Part shown: positions 8,876 through 18,019 of the stretch, in pieces
How positions within the stretch are numbered: the first letter of the stretch is position 1
How the letters are laid out: every line of letters starts with the position of its first letter
NCBI GenBank assembly: GCA_965220965.1
Contig: OZ244852.1
Coordinates: 2,176,001-2,240,000 of the forward strand
DNA length: 64,000 bases
Reading direction: 5' to 3'
DNA from: Candidatus Marinacidobacterium sp.
GTDB taxonomy: Bacteria > Acidobacteriota > Vicinamibacteria > Marinacidobacterales > Marinacidobacteraceae
Program-made: the position numbers and the translations under genes
The notes under the pieces: generated by a model
Database searches by the model: none
What the model was told of the DNA's origin: nothing
Seen by the model: the letters and a program-made list of their open reading frames with translations, nothing else

Positions 8876-8992
8876 GGGATCGCGGTCATCTTCAACCTCG
8901 GAGAAGCCACCGAACCCACGGACATCGAAGCTGACAAGGACCGCCTGATCGGCGAGGCGATCGCGTCCCGCAAGGCAGACCTCGCTCCCTGA
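8876..8992 (+). pseudogene. Possible C-terminal remnant of an RHH/CopG-type antitoxin
   Basis: Protein-like segment GIAVIFNLGEATEPTDIEADKDRLIGEAI with coding-like codons but no credible N-terminus; the family resemblance is from recall only. Confidence 0.35.
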
Positions 8993-10423
8993 TCAGTCGG
9001 ACCCGGCGGAACGCCGCTCCGCCTGGACGCGGCGGACGACCTCCTGGATCTGCTCGGCGAACCCGCGGGCCCTCTCGAGGACCTCGGCTTCGTTGACCGT
9101 CGTGATCTCTCCGTCGCGGACCACGATCCGGCCGTTCACCAGGACGGTGGAGACGTCGCCCCCCCGCACGGCGTAGACCAGGTGCGAGTAGGGGCGGTAG
9201 AGCGGGGTGAGGTGCGCCTGGCGGGTCTCGACCAGGACGATGTCGGCCCGCTTGCCCACCTCGAGCGAGCCGATCCGGTCCTGGAGGTTCAGGACGCGGG
9301 CGCCGCCCATCGTGGCCATGCGGAACACCGTCTCGGCGGGCATCGCGGCCGGATCGCCGGTGGCGAACTTGGGGAGCTTCGCCGCCATGTCCATCTCGCC
9401 GAACATGTCGAGGTTGTTGTTGCTGGCCGCGCCATCGGTTCCGAGACCGACGGGAACGCCGGCGGCGAGGAGCTCCGCCACCGGGGCGGCGCGCGACGAA
9501 CCCAGCTTCATGTTGCTCTCGGGGTTATGGGCGACGCCGGCGCCGCCGGCGGCGATGCGGGCGATGTCGTCCTCGGTCAGATACGTGCCGTGGGCCAGCA
9601 CCACGCCCGGGCGAAGCGCCCCGATGGACTCGAGCGCCGGGATCGTCTTCATGCCGATCGCGGCCTCGATCCGCGCATCCTCGTCCTCGGCCTCCACGAC
9701 GTGGATCTGGAACGGGGCGTCGTAGCGGTCCGCAAGTTCGAACGCGGCGCGAGTGGGCTCGAGCGGCGTCGTGTAGAGCGCGTGGGCGGCGGTACCGGGG
9801 ATCAGCGTGGGATGGTCCCGGTACTTCTCGAAGAACGCCTCGGCGCCCCGGAGCGACTCCTCGGGGCTCGGGAAGTCCGGCGTGGGAAAGCCGATCACGT
9901 GTGGACCCACGACCGCCCGGATCCCCGCCTCGATCGTCGCCCGGGCGGCGTCCTCGCGGAAGTAGTACATGTCGGTGAACGTCGTCGTGCCGCTCTTCAG
10001 CATCTCGATCGAGGCGAGGAGCGTCCCCCAGTAGACGAAGTCGGGGGCGACGAGCTCGGCCTCCGCCGGAAAGATGTTCTCCTCGAGCCACGTCATGAGC
10101 GGAAGGTCGTCGGCGAGGCCCCGGAGAAGCGTCATCGCCGCGTGGCCGTGGGTGTTCACCAGACCGGGAATCACGAGCTGCCCGGTGGCGTCGATCGTCG
10201 GAATGTCCGGCGGGCGCGGCGCCGCCCGATCGAAGAGCCCCACGATCCGGTCGTTCTCCACCAGAACCGCGCCCCCTTCGAGGATCGTGCCGGCGTCATC
10301 CATGACGACGACCGCGCCGCCGTCGATGAGGAGGCGCTCCACCTGTGCGGCGCCCGAACCCGAACACCCCGAACCGGCGAGCGGCAGCGCGAGGAGGAGG
10401 CTGGAAGAAGAGACTCTGGCCAT
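8993..10423 (-). CDS. mtaD: Amidohydrolase, MTA/SAH deaminase-like, with lipoprotein-like signal
   Basis: PGLVNTHGH, HNPESNMKL, GTDGAASNNNLDM, GSLEVGKRAD; N-terminal LLLALPLAGSGC. Confidence 0.8.
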   Translation of the reverse strand: MARVSSSSLLLALPLAGSGCSGSGAAQVERLLIDGGAVVVMDDAGTILEGGAVLVENDRIVGLFDRAAPRPPDIPTIDATGQLVIPGLVNTHGHAAMTLLRGLADDLPLMTWLEENIFPAEAELVAPDFVYWGTLLASIEMLKSGTTTFTDMYYFREDAARATIEAGIRAVVGPHVIGFPTPDFPSPEESLRGAEAFFEKYRDHPTLIPGTAAHALYTTPLEPTRAAFELADRYDAPFQIHVVEAEDEDARIEAAIGMKTIPALESIGALRPGVVLAHGTYLTEDDIARIAAGGAGVAHNPESNMKLGSSRAAPVAELLAAGVPVGLGTDGAASNNNLDMFGEMDMAAKLPKFATGDPAAMPAETVFRMATMGGARVLNLQDRIGSLEVGKRADIVLVETRQAHLTPLYRPYSHLVYAVRGGDVSTVLVNGRIVVRDGEITTVNEAEVLERARGFAEQIQEVVRRVQAERRSAGSD

Positions 10424-10433
10424 GACGCGGTGA

Positions 10434-12236
10434 TTATCGGGCGGGGGAGCACCCATCGGGCGAACCGGCGTCATCGAAGCCCGGATCCAGGCTGCTGGTG
10501 AACCGGGCGGGGCGGAGGCGGTTCATGACGGCGGCGATCTCGTGGCGGCGGGGACGCGCGAGGCGTCCGGGGTGGCGCCCGGCCCGCCCCTCCCCGGTCA
10601 GGGCATCGGGGCCGTCGCGGTCGAGCAACGCGTCGAGCTCATCCAGGACGTCGGCGACGGAGCGCCCCGGGAAGTCGCGGGCGGCGAGCGCGACCGCGTG
10701 GCCGGCGGCGCGCGTCTGGCTGGCGCAGAAGAGCTGGTCGAGCGCCCGGAGGTCGACCTCCGACTCCCCGTACTCAAGGATCTCGCGGCGCGCGGCGCGG
10801 ATCCGGGAACGGCCCCGCCGCCCCGAAGGATCGAGGCTCGCCGGCGCGGGGGTTCGCACGCGCCGCCCGAAGCCGCCCGGAACGGGCTCCTCCGCCCGGC
10901 GGGTCGGAAGCTCTCGCGCCACCTGGCGGGCAAGCGCGGTGACCTCCCGGGGGCGGTAGCCGGTCATCTGGATCACGGTGTCCGCGGCCTCGAAGTAGTC
11001 ACCGGAACCGCCCATCACCAGGATCGTCGAGACGCCGCGCTCCTCGTGGAGTTCGCGCACCCGGTCGAGGAAGGGGGTGATGGGCTCGGCCTCGCGGGCC
11101 ACCAGCGCCTGCATCCGGGCGTCCCGGATCATGAGGTTGGTCGCCGAGGTGTCCTCGTCCAGCAGGAGCAGGCGGGCGCCCGCCTCGACGGCCTCCACGA
11201 TGGAAGCCGCCTGGCTGGTGCTGCCGCTCGCGTTGGAGGTGGCGAACCGCTCCGTGGGCCACCCGCCGGGGAGATCCCGCAGGAAGGGACGGACATCCAC
11301 TTCCTGGACCGAGCGGCCTTCCTCGGCGCGGATCGTGACCGCATCCGGCCGGGTGACGACCCGCTCGCGACCGTCCCCCGGAACGTGCGGGACAACCGAC
11401 CGGGCGAGCGCCTGAAGGAGCGTGGACTTGCCGTGGTAGCCGCCCCCGACGATCAGGGTGACGCCCACGGGGATCCCCATCCCGGAGACCGCGCCGCCGT
11501 CCGGGAGGTCGAGCGTGACGCGGAGCGAGGGCGGGCTCTCGAACGGGACCGCCGGCGGGGTCGGAAGCGGCCGGTCGCTCGCCCCATCGGCGCGCGGCAG
11601 GACGGCGCCGTCCGCCACAAACGCCGCAAGACCGCGGTGCGCGAGCTGCGCCCGCAGGCCCTCCTGGAGCTCGATGTCCTCGACGAAGGCTTCCGGTCCG
11701 GAGGGCGCCAGGTTCCTCGCGACCAGCGCCGCTTCGGCGATCCGCGGCAGTCGCCGGGTCAGGAGCTCGGCGGCGCTGCGGCCGAGGATCCGGCGCCCGG
11801 CGGCGGGAAGGCCGACCTCGAGACGCGCTTCGACCACCCCGGGAGCGAGAGGACCGCCGACCCACCCCACCAGCACCGCGGACCGCTCGAGGACTTCCTG
11901 CCCTCCGGCGTCGATCCGCACTTCGCCGCTGTGGCCCGAGCCGGACCGGCCTTCGGCGGCGCGTTCCGGCCCGGCGGCGCGCGCGACCCGGCGCGCGAGG
12001 TCATCGGCGAACGCGATCCGGCGAACCGGGGTGGCGTAGAGCGTCGGCGAAAAACCGGCGGCGTCCGCCTCGAGCCGCAGGCGCACCCGCGAGGGCGGGG
12101 CGAAGGGGTCCCGCGCCACCCGGTCCACGAACAGCGTGAGCCCGGGGCCCAGCCGCCACCCACCTTCGAGCGCGCGGTACGCCGGGTAGCCCCGGCCCTC
12201 GAGCCGGCGGCAGGCGTCCGCCAGCCCTTCTCTCAA
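10434..12236 (-). CDS. ABC-class ATPase domain protein (ABC_ATPase family, no permease partner)
   Basis: Walker A GGGYHGKST, NASGSTSQAA, LLLDEDTSATN, DPFAPPS. Confidence 0.88.
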   Translation of the reverse strand: MREGLADACRRLEGRGYPAYRALEGGWRLGPGLTLFVDRVARDPFAPPSRVRLRLEADAAGFSPTLYATPVRRIAFADDLARRVARAAGPERAAEGRSGSGHSGEVRIDAGGQEVLERSAVLVGWVGGPLAPGVVEARLEVGLPAAGRRILGRSAAELLTRRLPRIAEAALVARNLAPSGPEAFVEDIELQEGLRAQLAHRGLAAFVADGAVLPRADGASDRPLPTPPAVPFESPPSLRVTLDLPDGGAVSGMGIPVGVTLIVGGGYHGKSTLLQALARSVVPHVPGDGRERVVTRPDAVTIRAEEGRSVQEVDVRPFLRDLPGGWPTERFATSNASGSTSQAASIVEAVEAGARLLLLDEDTSATNLMIRDARMQALVAREAEPITPFLDRVRELHEERGVSTILVMGGSGDYFEAADTVIQMTGYRPREVTALARQVARELPTRRAEEPVPGGFGRRVRTPAPASLDPSGRRGRSRIRAARREILEYGESEVDLRALDQLFCASQTRAAGHAVALAARDFPGRSVADVLDELDALLDRDGPDALTGEGRAGRHPGRLARPRRHEIAAVMNRLRPARFTSSLDPGFDDAGSPDGCSPAR

Positions 12237-12327
12237 CCGGGTCCGGATCGCGGCGTCATCCCGGCGGCGCGGGACGATCCCGGCGGGCTCGTGGGCAAGG
12301 CGCTACCATCGTACTTTCCGTCGGGCA

Positions 12328-13389
12328 GTGGTTGGGATCGAGGTCGTTCCGGGGGGATCCGGCGCCGGGGGCGACGGCGCGCGCACGCGGTCCCACTGGG
12401 CGGACCACACCGGCGAGCTCCGGCGGCGGCTCGCGAAGGCCGTGCCGCAGGAGGCGCTCCGCCGCCTGCACCAGCGACGGGCCTTGCCCCACTTCCTCGT
12501 CCTCGGGTGGCAGTTCCTGCTCCTCTTCGGGTTCGGGGCCGTCGCGTTCCGCAGTTCCACCTGGTGGGTCTGGGTTCCCGCCGCCGTCGTCGTCGGGTTC
12601 ACCGTCTTCAACTTCACGGTGATGCTCCACGAGGTGGTCCACGAAGCCGTCTTCGACGGCCGGCGGCGCCGCGCCCACCAGATCCTGCGTCACCTCTACG
12701 CCTTCCCGAGCGGCATTTCCGCCACCCAGTTCACCCGGTGGCACCTGGACCACCACGCCCAGCTCGGAGACGCCGAGGGCGACCCCAAGCGCCACTGGCT
12801 CTCGCCGAAGCGCAACGCCCGGTGGTTCAAGGCGCTCTACCTCACCCCGGCGCTGATCCCCATCTACTTTCGCGCCGCCCGGCGGGAGAGCGCGCGCTAT
12901 CCGGAAGCGCTCCGCCGACGGATCGCCCGCGAGCGGCGGCTCACCGTGATGGGCCACCTCGCGATCGCCGCCGTCCTGGTCTGGGTGGGGGCCGACGCTC
13001 CCGGCGGGGGGCTCGCGGCGATGGCGCGGGCCTGGCTCGTTCCCGTGCTCCTGGTCTTCCCGGTGGCGTTCACGCTGAACCGCCTGGGCCAGCACTACGA
13101 CATCGCGCCGGACAACCCCGCGCTGTGGGGGAGCGTGCTGCGGCCCTCGCGATTCTGGGACGCCGCCTTCCTGTGGTCCGGCTACCACCTCGAGCACCAC
13201 TACTTCCCCCGCGTCCCGTTCTACAACCTGCGCGCCCTCCACTTCCTGCTGCGGCCCTTCTTCGACAGCATCGGGGCGCGCCCCACCGGCTACGGACGGC
13301 TGCTGTGGCTCTGGTTCGTCGAGAACCGGCCTCCCCATACCGACTGGCGGGCGGGCGCGCGGTCCGCGACCGGGGCGGAGCCGGCGTGA
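12328..13389 (+). CDS. Fatty acid desaturase family protein
   Basis: Three His boxes (HEVVH, HLDHH, HLEHH) plus GQH and transmembrane helices. Confidence 0.88.
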   Translation: MVGIEVVPGGSGAGGDGARTRSHWADHTGELRRRLAKAVPQEALRRLHQRRALPHFLVLGWQFLLLFGFGAVAFRSSTWWVWVPAAVVVGFTVFNFTVMLHEVVHEAVFDGRRRRAHQILRHLYAFPSGISATQFTRWHLDHHAQLGDAEGDPKRHWLSPKRNARWFKALYLTPALIPIYFRAARRESARYPEALRRRIARERRLTVMGHLAIAAVLVWVGADAPGGGLAAMARAWLVPVLLVFPVAFTLNRLGQHYDIAPDNPALWGSVLRPSRFWDAAFLWSGYHLEHHYFPRVPFYNLRALHFLLRPFFDSIGARPTGYGRLLWLWFVENRPPHTDWRAGARSATGAEPA

Positions 13390-13649
13390 CCCCGCCCCCG
13401 GAGGACGCGGTGGCCGTCCTCACCGAAGGGGTCGTGAAGTGGTACGACCGTCAACTCGGCGAGGGCTTCATCCAGCGCGCCGAGGGGCCGGATGTCCACG
13501 TTCCGGCGAGCGCGCTCGCCGAGGTCGAAGACGGGTTCCTGGTGGAAGGCCAGGAGGTCCGCTTCGAGCTGCTCCCGATCCCCGGCGGGTTCCGCGCCCG
13601 GAGCGTCCGCGTCGTCGAACCGGACGAATCCGGAACGCGGGAGATCTGA
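13386..13649 (+). CDS. Cold-shock domain protein (atypical RNP motifs)
   Basis: GVVKWYD..GEGFI..GPDVHV..L.EGQEVRFEL..G.RARSV; GTGA overlap with the desaturase stop. Hidden at the end of ORF 10542..13649. Confidence 0.8.
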   Translation: MTPPPEDAVAVLTEGVVKWYDRQLGEGFIQRAEGPDVHVPASALAEVEDGFLVEGQEVRFELLPIPGGFRARSVRVVEPDESGTREI

Positions 13650-13716
13650 CCGACCGGGCCCAGAGGGCGCTCCGGGAGACTCCCCCCGCGAGCCGCCCGT
13701 TCGGGGCGTCAGCCCC

Positions 13717-14055
13717 TCAGAACTTCGCCAGCGCTTCTTCCTCGGTCGGCGTGATCGTGAGGATCTGGTTGAACCCGCTGATCCGGAAGACCTCGAAGAT
13801 GTGTTCCTTCATGCCGCAGAGAACAAGCTGCCCGGACCCGGCGGCCAGCTTGCGGGCGAGCATCAGGAGCACCCGCATCCCGGTGCTGTTGATGTAGTCG
13901 AGGCCCTCGAAGTTCATGACGATCCGGTTGGCGGCGTCGGCCCCGGATGTCCGCGTGGTGATGGCCTGCTCGAAGTCGCTGGCCGTGCGGGTGTCAATGC
14001 GACCGGCAGGCGAAAGGACCAGGACTCCGTCCCTGGTCTCGTCGGTGACATTCAT
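13717..14055 (-). CDS. STAS domain anti-sigma factor antagonist
   Basis: GRID..A, LDYINSTGMRVL (phospho-Ser motif), VFRISGF. Confidence 0.92.
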   Translation of the reverse strand: MNVTDETRDGVLVLSPAGRIDTRTASDFEQAITTRTSGADAANRIVMNFEGLDYINSTGMRVLLMLARKLAAGSGQLVLCGMKEHIFEVFRISGFNQILTITPTEEEALAKF

Positions 14056-14522
14056 GAGGATCCCTCCGGGTCGCCCGTTGGCAGGGTGCGGGACAGGGTG
14101 ATGCGGTTGCGGTCGCCGATGCGCTCGTAGCGAGTGCTGGACATGAGCGACTTGACGAGGAACACGCCAAGGCCGCCGATCGGCCGCTCTTCCAGCGGCA
14201 GCGTGATGTCGGGCGTCGGAGCCTCGACGAAGGGGTCGAATGCTACTCCGCGATGTTCGATCACCACGCGGACTTCGTCGGACAGCCGACGCACTTCGAC
14301 GTGGACCCGCACGGGGGTTCCATCGTCCGAGCCGTAGTTGATGATGTTGGTGATCAGCTCGTCGATCGCCAGGCTGATCCGCTGGGCCGGGACGGACTCC
14401 TCGTTCCCGGCGGCCACGAAGGCCTCGACCTCTTCGGTCAGTCGGCTGAGCGCGTCCGGGTCCGCGAGGAAGTCACGCTCCAGTGTGGATTCCCCGGCGC
14501 CGCCCGCTCCCACCTCGCTCAT
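14052..14522 (-). CDS. Anti-sigma factor / Ser kinase, RsbW-like HATPase
   Basis: LAIDELITNIINYG, G.AFDP, ERPIGGLGVFLVKSLM; ATG at 14522; ATGA overlap with the STAS gene. Confidence 0.9.
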   Translation of the reverse strand: MSEVGAGGAGESTLERDFLADPDALSRLTEEVEAFVAAGNEESVPAQRISLAIDELITNIINYGSDDGTPVRVHVEVRRLSDEVRVVIEHRGVAFDPFVEAPTPDITLPLEERPIGGLGVFLVKSLMSSTRYERIGDRNRITLSRTLPTGDPEGSS

Positions 14523-14530
14523 TCGCCGCG

Positions 14531-15439
14531 TCAGCTCCGCGATGAATCGGCGGGGCGACGGCGCTCGGTCGCCTCCGGGCCGTCCGCGAGCGCGATGCTC
14601 ACGCTGACCTCCATGGTCTGCTCGGCCACGCCCCGGAACGTCCCCCGGGTCGGCGGCACATCCCGGTAGTCGCGCCCGCGGGCCACCCGGATGTGCCGGT
14701 CGCCGGAGACGGTGTTGTTCGTCGGGTCCGCCGAGACCCAGCCCAGACCGGGGAGGAAGCACTCGACCCAGGCGTGTCCCGCCTCCGCCATCTGGTCCTC
14801 GCTGCCGTCGCGGCTCGGGAAGAGGTATCCCGAGACGTAGCGGGCGGGCATTCCCCAGCTCCTCAGGACGGCCAGCAGGATGTGGCTGAAGTCCTGGCAC
14901 ACGCCTCCGCCACGCTGGAGCGCATCATCGATCGGGGAGTCCACGCCGGTCGCGCCGGGCCGGAAGTCGAGGGCCTCGTAGAGGCGGGCGGTCACGCTCC
15001 GCACTGTCTCGAGAGGCGTCTCGCCACGCTCGATCCCGTGTTTCCCGAGGAAGTCGGTCAGCACGGACGTTGGCTCGGTGAGCTCCGTGGGGTGAAGCCA
15101 GTGCCACATCCCCGATGTCGCCGGATCCGGGAGTTCCTCCCACGACGGCCCTTTGCCCTCCGGTTCCGGAACCGGGTGGAGGGCCACGACCGATCGGGCG
15201 ATGACCTCGAGCCGGGTGTGCTGGCTGGGGATGTCGAAGAAATGGGCGGAGTTCCGGAAACAGTCCTGGTAGACGGAGAGCTCGGCGGCCGGATCAGTCC
15301 GCAGGGAGAACGACTCCCGGTGCTGCGAGGCGTCGCTGGCGGGCTGGAGATACAGCGTGGCGACCGCCTCGCGGACGGCCTCCGAGTAGCGGAACCGCGT
15401 GATGTGCTCGATCTCGTAGACCGTCCCGGATCCGTTCAC
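14531..15439 (-). CDS. Transglutaminase family protein
   Basis: N-terminal YEIEHITRFRY; catalytic GVCQDFSH, HAWVE, DPTN; GRDYRDVPP. Confidence 0.92.
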   Translation of the reverse strand: MNGSGTVYEIEHITRFRYSEAVREAVATLYLQPASDASQHRESFSLRTDPAAELSVYQDCFRNSAHFFDIPSQHTRLEVIARSVVALHPVPEPEGKGPSWEELPDPATSGMWHWLHPTELTEPTSVLTDFLGKHGIERGETPLETVRSVTARLYEALDFRPGATGVDSPIDDALQRGGGVCQDFSHILLAVLRSWGMPARYVSGYLFPSRDGSEDQMAEAGHAWVECFLPGLGWVSADPTNNTVSGDRHIRVARGRDYRDVPPTRGTFRGVAEQTMEVSVSIALADGPEATERRRPADSSRS

Positions 15440-15511
15440 GCCACAGCCTCCGGCAAGCCGCGCGCGTCCGGGGACGGCGGGAGAGAGTCGAGGACCACCG
15501 ATGTCTCCAAC

Positions 15512-16483
15512 CTATCCGATGCGGAGCGCCTGATCGACCGCATAGACGATGTACCGCTGGTAGATCTCCTCATGGAGGTTCCGGGCGAGGCGCCGCACCT
15601 CGGCGAGCGTCTCCTCGAAGGTGTCCTCGCGCCCCGGGCTGTAGGCGAGCAGCGAGCGGAGCTGCCCGGCGATCCGGTGGGGCGACCCGAGCGGGTGAAG
15701 GGCGCCTCCGGCCGGATCGATGCGGTTCAGCCCGTTCCGCAGCATCTCGGCGGAGAACCGGAGCGTGTGCGGCGACTCCGGCTCGTAGATCAGAAAGTTC
15801 ATCACCCGCACCGGCTCGACGACGGCGGTGTGGTGCTTGCAGTAGGGCTCGAAGCTGGCGCAGATGCGCAGCAGAAGCGCCCAGTCGAGATGCTCGTCCG
15901 TCTCCAGGGCCGCGCGGTGGGCTTCCAGAATCTCGGTCGTCACCTGGATGCGTTCGAGGAAGCGGCCCAGCCGGATGAAGTCCCACGCCAGCCCGTGCCG
16001 GAGGCTGTTGTCGGTGATGCCGCGGAAAAGATAGATCCCGGCCGAGGTGTCCTTGTAGAAGCTCTGCGGTTCGGCGTTCCAGAACGACCGCAGCTCGGTA
16101 TCGCGCAGGGTCAGGTAGGAGCGGTTCATCCGGGACCACATCTCGGAGGTGATCTCCTGGCGGGCCTGGCGGGCGTTCTCCCGGGACATGGCCCACAGCG
16201 ACCGCACGGAACCGGGGTTGTCCGGCTCGAAGGTCATGAAGTCCGCCAGGGTGTACGCGTCGGCGAGCAGGAAGTTCTCGTCCAGCGATCCGTCGAAGAA
16301 CTCGAAGCCGCCGGGGGGCGCGATCATCAGCGCCTGGAACAGCCTCCTCCAGCCGGCGGCGACTTCGGCGGCCGACCGGTCCGCCAGCGAACCCACCTGG
16401 ACCCCGAGGAGCCGGGCGGTCTGGTCGGCGCGCTCGAGGTACCGGCTCATCCAGTACAGGTTGTCGGCGACGCGGGTGAGCAT
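15512..16483 (-). CDS. Alpha-E domain protein
   Basis: MLTRVADNLYWMSRYLERA, RENARQAR..I.SEMW, LGRFLER. Confidence 0.92.
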   Translation of the reverse strand: MLTRVADNLYWMSRYLERADQTARLLGVQVGSLADRSAAEVAAGWRRLFQALMIAPPGGFEFFDGSLDENFLLADAYTLADFMTFEPDNPGSVRSLWAMSRENARQARQEITSEMWSRMNRSYLTLRDTELRSFWNAEPQSFYKDTSAGIYLFRGITDNSLRHGLAWDFIRLGRFLERIQVTTEILEAHRAALETDEHLDWALLLRICASFEPYCKHHTAVVEPVRVMNFLIYEPESPHTLRFSAEMLRNGLNRIDPAGGALHPLGSPHRIAGQLRSLLAYSPGREDTFEETLAEVRRLARNLHEEIYQRYIVYAVDQALRIG

Positions 16484-16486
16484 CGG

Positions 16487-17950
16487 TCAGTCGCTCCCGA
16501 CGTCGACGATCCAGGCGTCCTTGGAGCCGCCTCCCTGCGAGGAGTTCACGACCAGACTGCCCTTCTTGAGCGCGACCCGGCAGAGCCCTCCGGGGACGAT
16601 GTCGGTCCGCTCTCCGCTCAGGATGAACGGCCGCAGGTCCACGTGGCGGGGCTCGATGCGGGAGCCGACGAGGCACGGGGCCCGGGAGAGCGCCAGCGTG
16701 GGCTGGGCGATGTAGTTCGCCGGGTCGGCCTTGAGCGCCTCGGCGAACTCCGCGCGCTCCGCCTTCGTGGCGTGGGGACCCACGAGCATTCCGTAGCCGC
16801 CGGACTCGCCCACCATCTTCACCACCAGCTCGTCGAGGTGGTCGAGCGTGTAGCGGAGGCCCTCGGGTTCGCGGCAGAGCCGGGTCGGCACGTTGTCGAG
16901 CAGCGGCTCCTCGTCCAGGTAGTACCTGATGATCCGGGGGACATACGCATAGACCCCCTTGTCATCGGCGACTCCGGTGCCGGGAGCGTTCGCGATGACG
17001 ACCCGCCCCGCCCGGTAGGCGTGGAACAGGCCGGGGACTCCGAGAACCGAGTCCGGCCGGAAGGCGAGCGGATCGATGAAGTCGTCGTCGATCCGCCGGT
17101 AGATCACATCCACCTTGCGAAGGCCGCCGGTGGTCCGCATGAACACCCGCTCGTTGTGGACGAGGAGGTCGCGTCCCTCCACCAGCTCGATCCCCATCTG
17201 CCGGGCGAGGAAGGCGTGCTCGTAGTAGGCGGAGTTGTAGACCCCGGGGGTGAGCAGGACGACCGTGGGGTCGGACACGTGGGGCGGCGCCAGCGAGGCG
17301 AGCATCCCGTAGAGGAGCTGGCTGTACTGCTCCACGTCCCGGACCCGGGAGCGCCGGAACAGCCGCGGCATGCTCCGCTTGATCGCGTCCCGGCAGGCGA
17401 GCATGTAGCTGACCCCGGACGGGACCCGGAGGTTGTCCTCGAGGACCGCGAAACCCTCGTGGGTGCGGACCAGGTCGCTGCCGCAGACCGAGACATAGAC
17501 CCCGTGGGGGACCGGCAGATCCCGCATCTCGATGCGGTAGTGCTTGCTGCCGTAGATCATGTCGGCGGGAACGACGCCGTCGCGCAGGATCAGACCGCGG
17601 TGGTAGATGTCGTGGAGGAAGAGGTTCAGCGCCCGGATCCGCTGCTCGAGGCCGCGAGCCACCCGGTCCCATTCGTCTCCCCGGACGATCCGCGGCAGGC
17701 AGTCGATCGGGAACACCCGCTCGATCGTCCGCTCGTCGCCGTAGACGGTGAACGTGATCCCCTCGTAGAGGAACGACCGGGTGACCCGCTCCTGGATCCG
17801 CTCGAGCTCGTCGGGCGGCGTCGTGCTCAGCGAGGAGAAGAAGTCGGCGCAGTGCTCCCGCGGACGCCCGTCGTCCCCGAACATCTCGTCGTAGAAGACG
17901 GAGTTGAAGTCGTAGTGGCGAAAAGCCGGACCGGGGCTGGATCCGCTCAT
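16487..17950 (-). CDS. Circularly permuted type 2 ATP-grasp protein
   Basis: [56 protein letters not shown]. Confidence 0.95.
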   Translation of the reverse strand: MSGSSPGPAFRHYDFNSVFYDEMFGDDGRPREHCADFFSSLSTTPPDELERIQERVTRSFLYEGITFTVYGDERTIERVFPIDCLPRIVRGDEWDRVARGLEQRIRALNLFLHDIYHRGLILRDGVVPADMIYGSKHYRIEMRDLPVPHGVYVSVCGSDLVRTHEGFAVLEDNLRVPSGVSYMLACRDAIKRSMPRLFRRSRVRDVEQYSQLLYGMLASLAPPHVSDPTVVLLTPGVYNSAYYEHAFLARQMGIELVEGRDLLVHNERVFMRTTGGLRKVDVIYRRIDDDFIDPLAFRPDSVLGVPGLFHAYRAGRVVIANAPGTGVADDKGVYAYVPRIIRYYLDEEPLLDNVPTRLCREPEGLRYTLDHLDELVVKMVGESGGYGMLVGPHATKAERAEFAEALKADPANYIAQPTLALSRAPCLVGSRIEPRHVDLRPFILSGERTDIVPGGLCRVALKKGSLVVNSSQGGGSKDAWIVDVGSD

Positions 17951-18019
17951 CGTTCGGCCCGCATCATGGTTGAGCCCGCGCCGAATCGCCTGGGACGACC
18001 TGGTTCCCGGAGAGCGCGA

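Noticed and set aside
10542-13385. 1035-aa ORF as a giant cold-shock fusion
   Set aside because: Only the last 87 residues (from GTG 13386) are protein-like; the rest overlaps the ATPase and desaturase genes.
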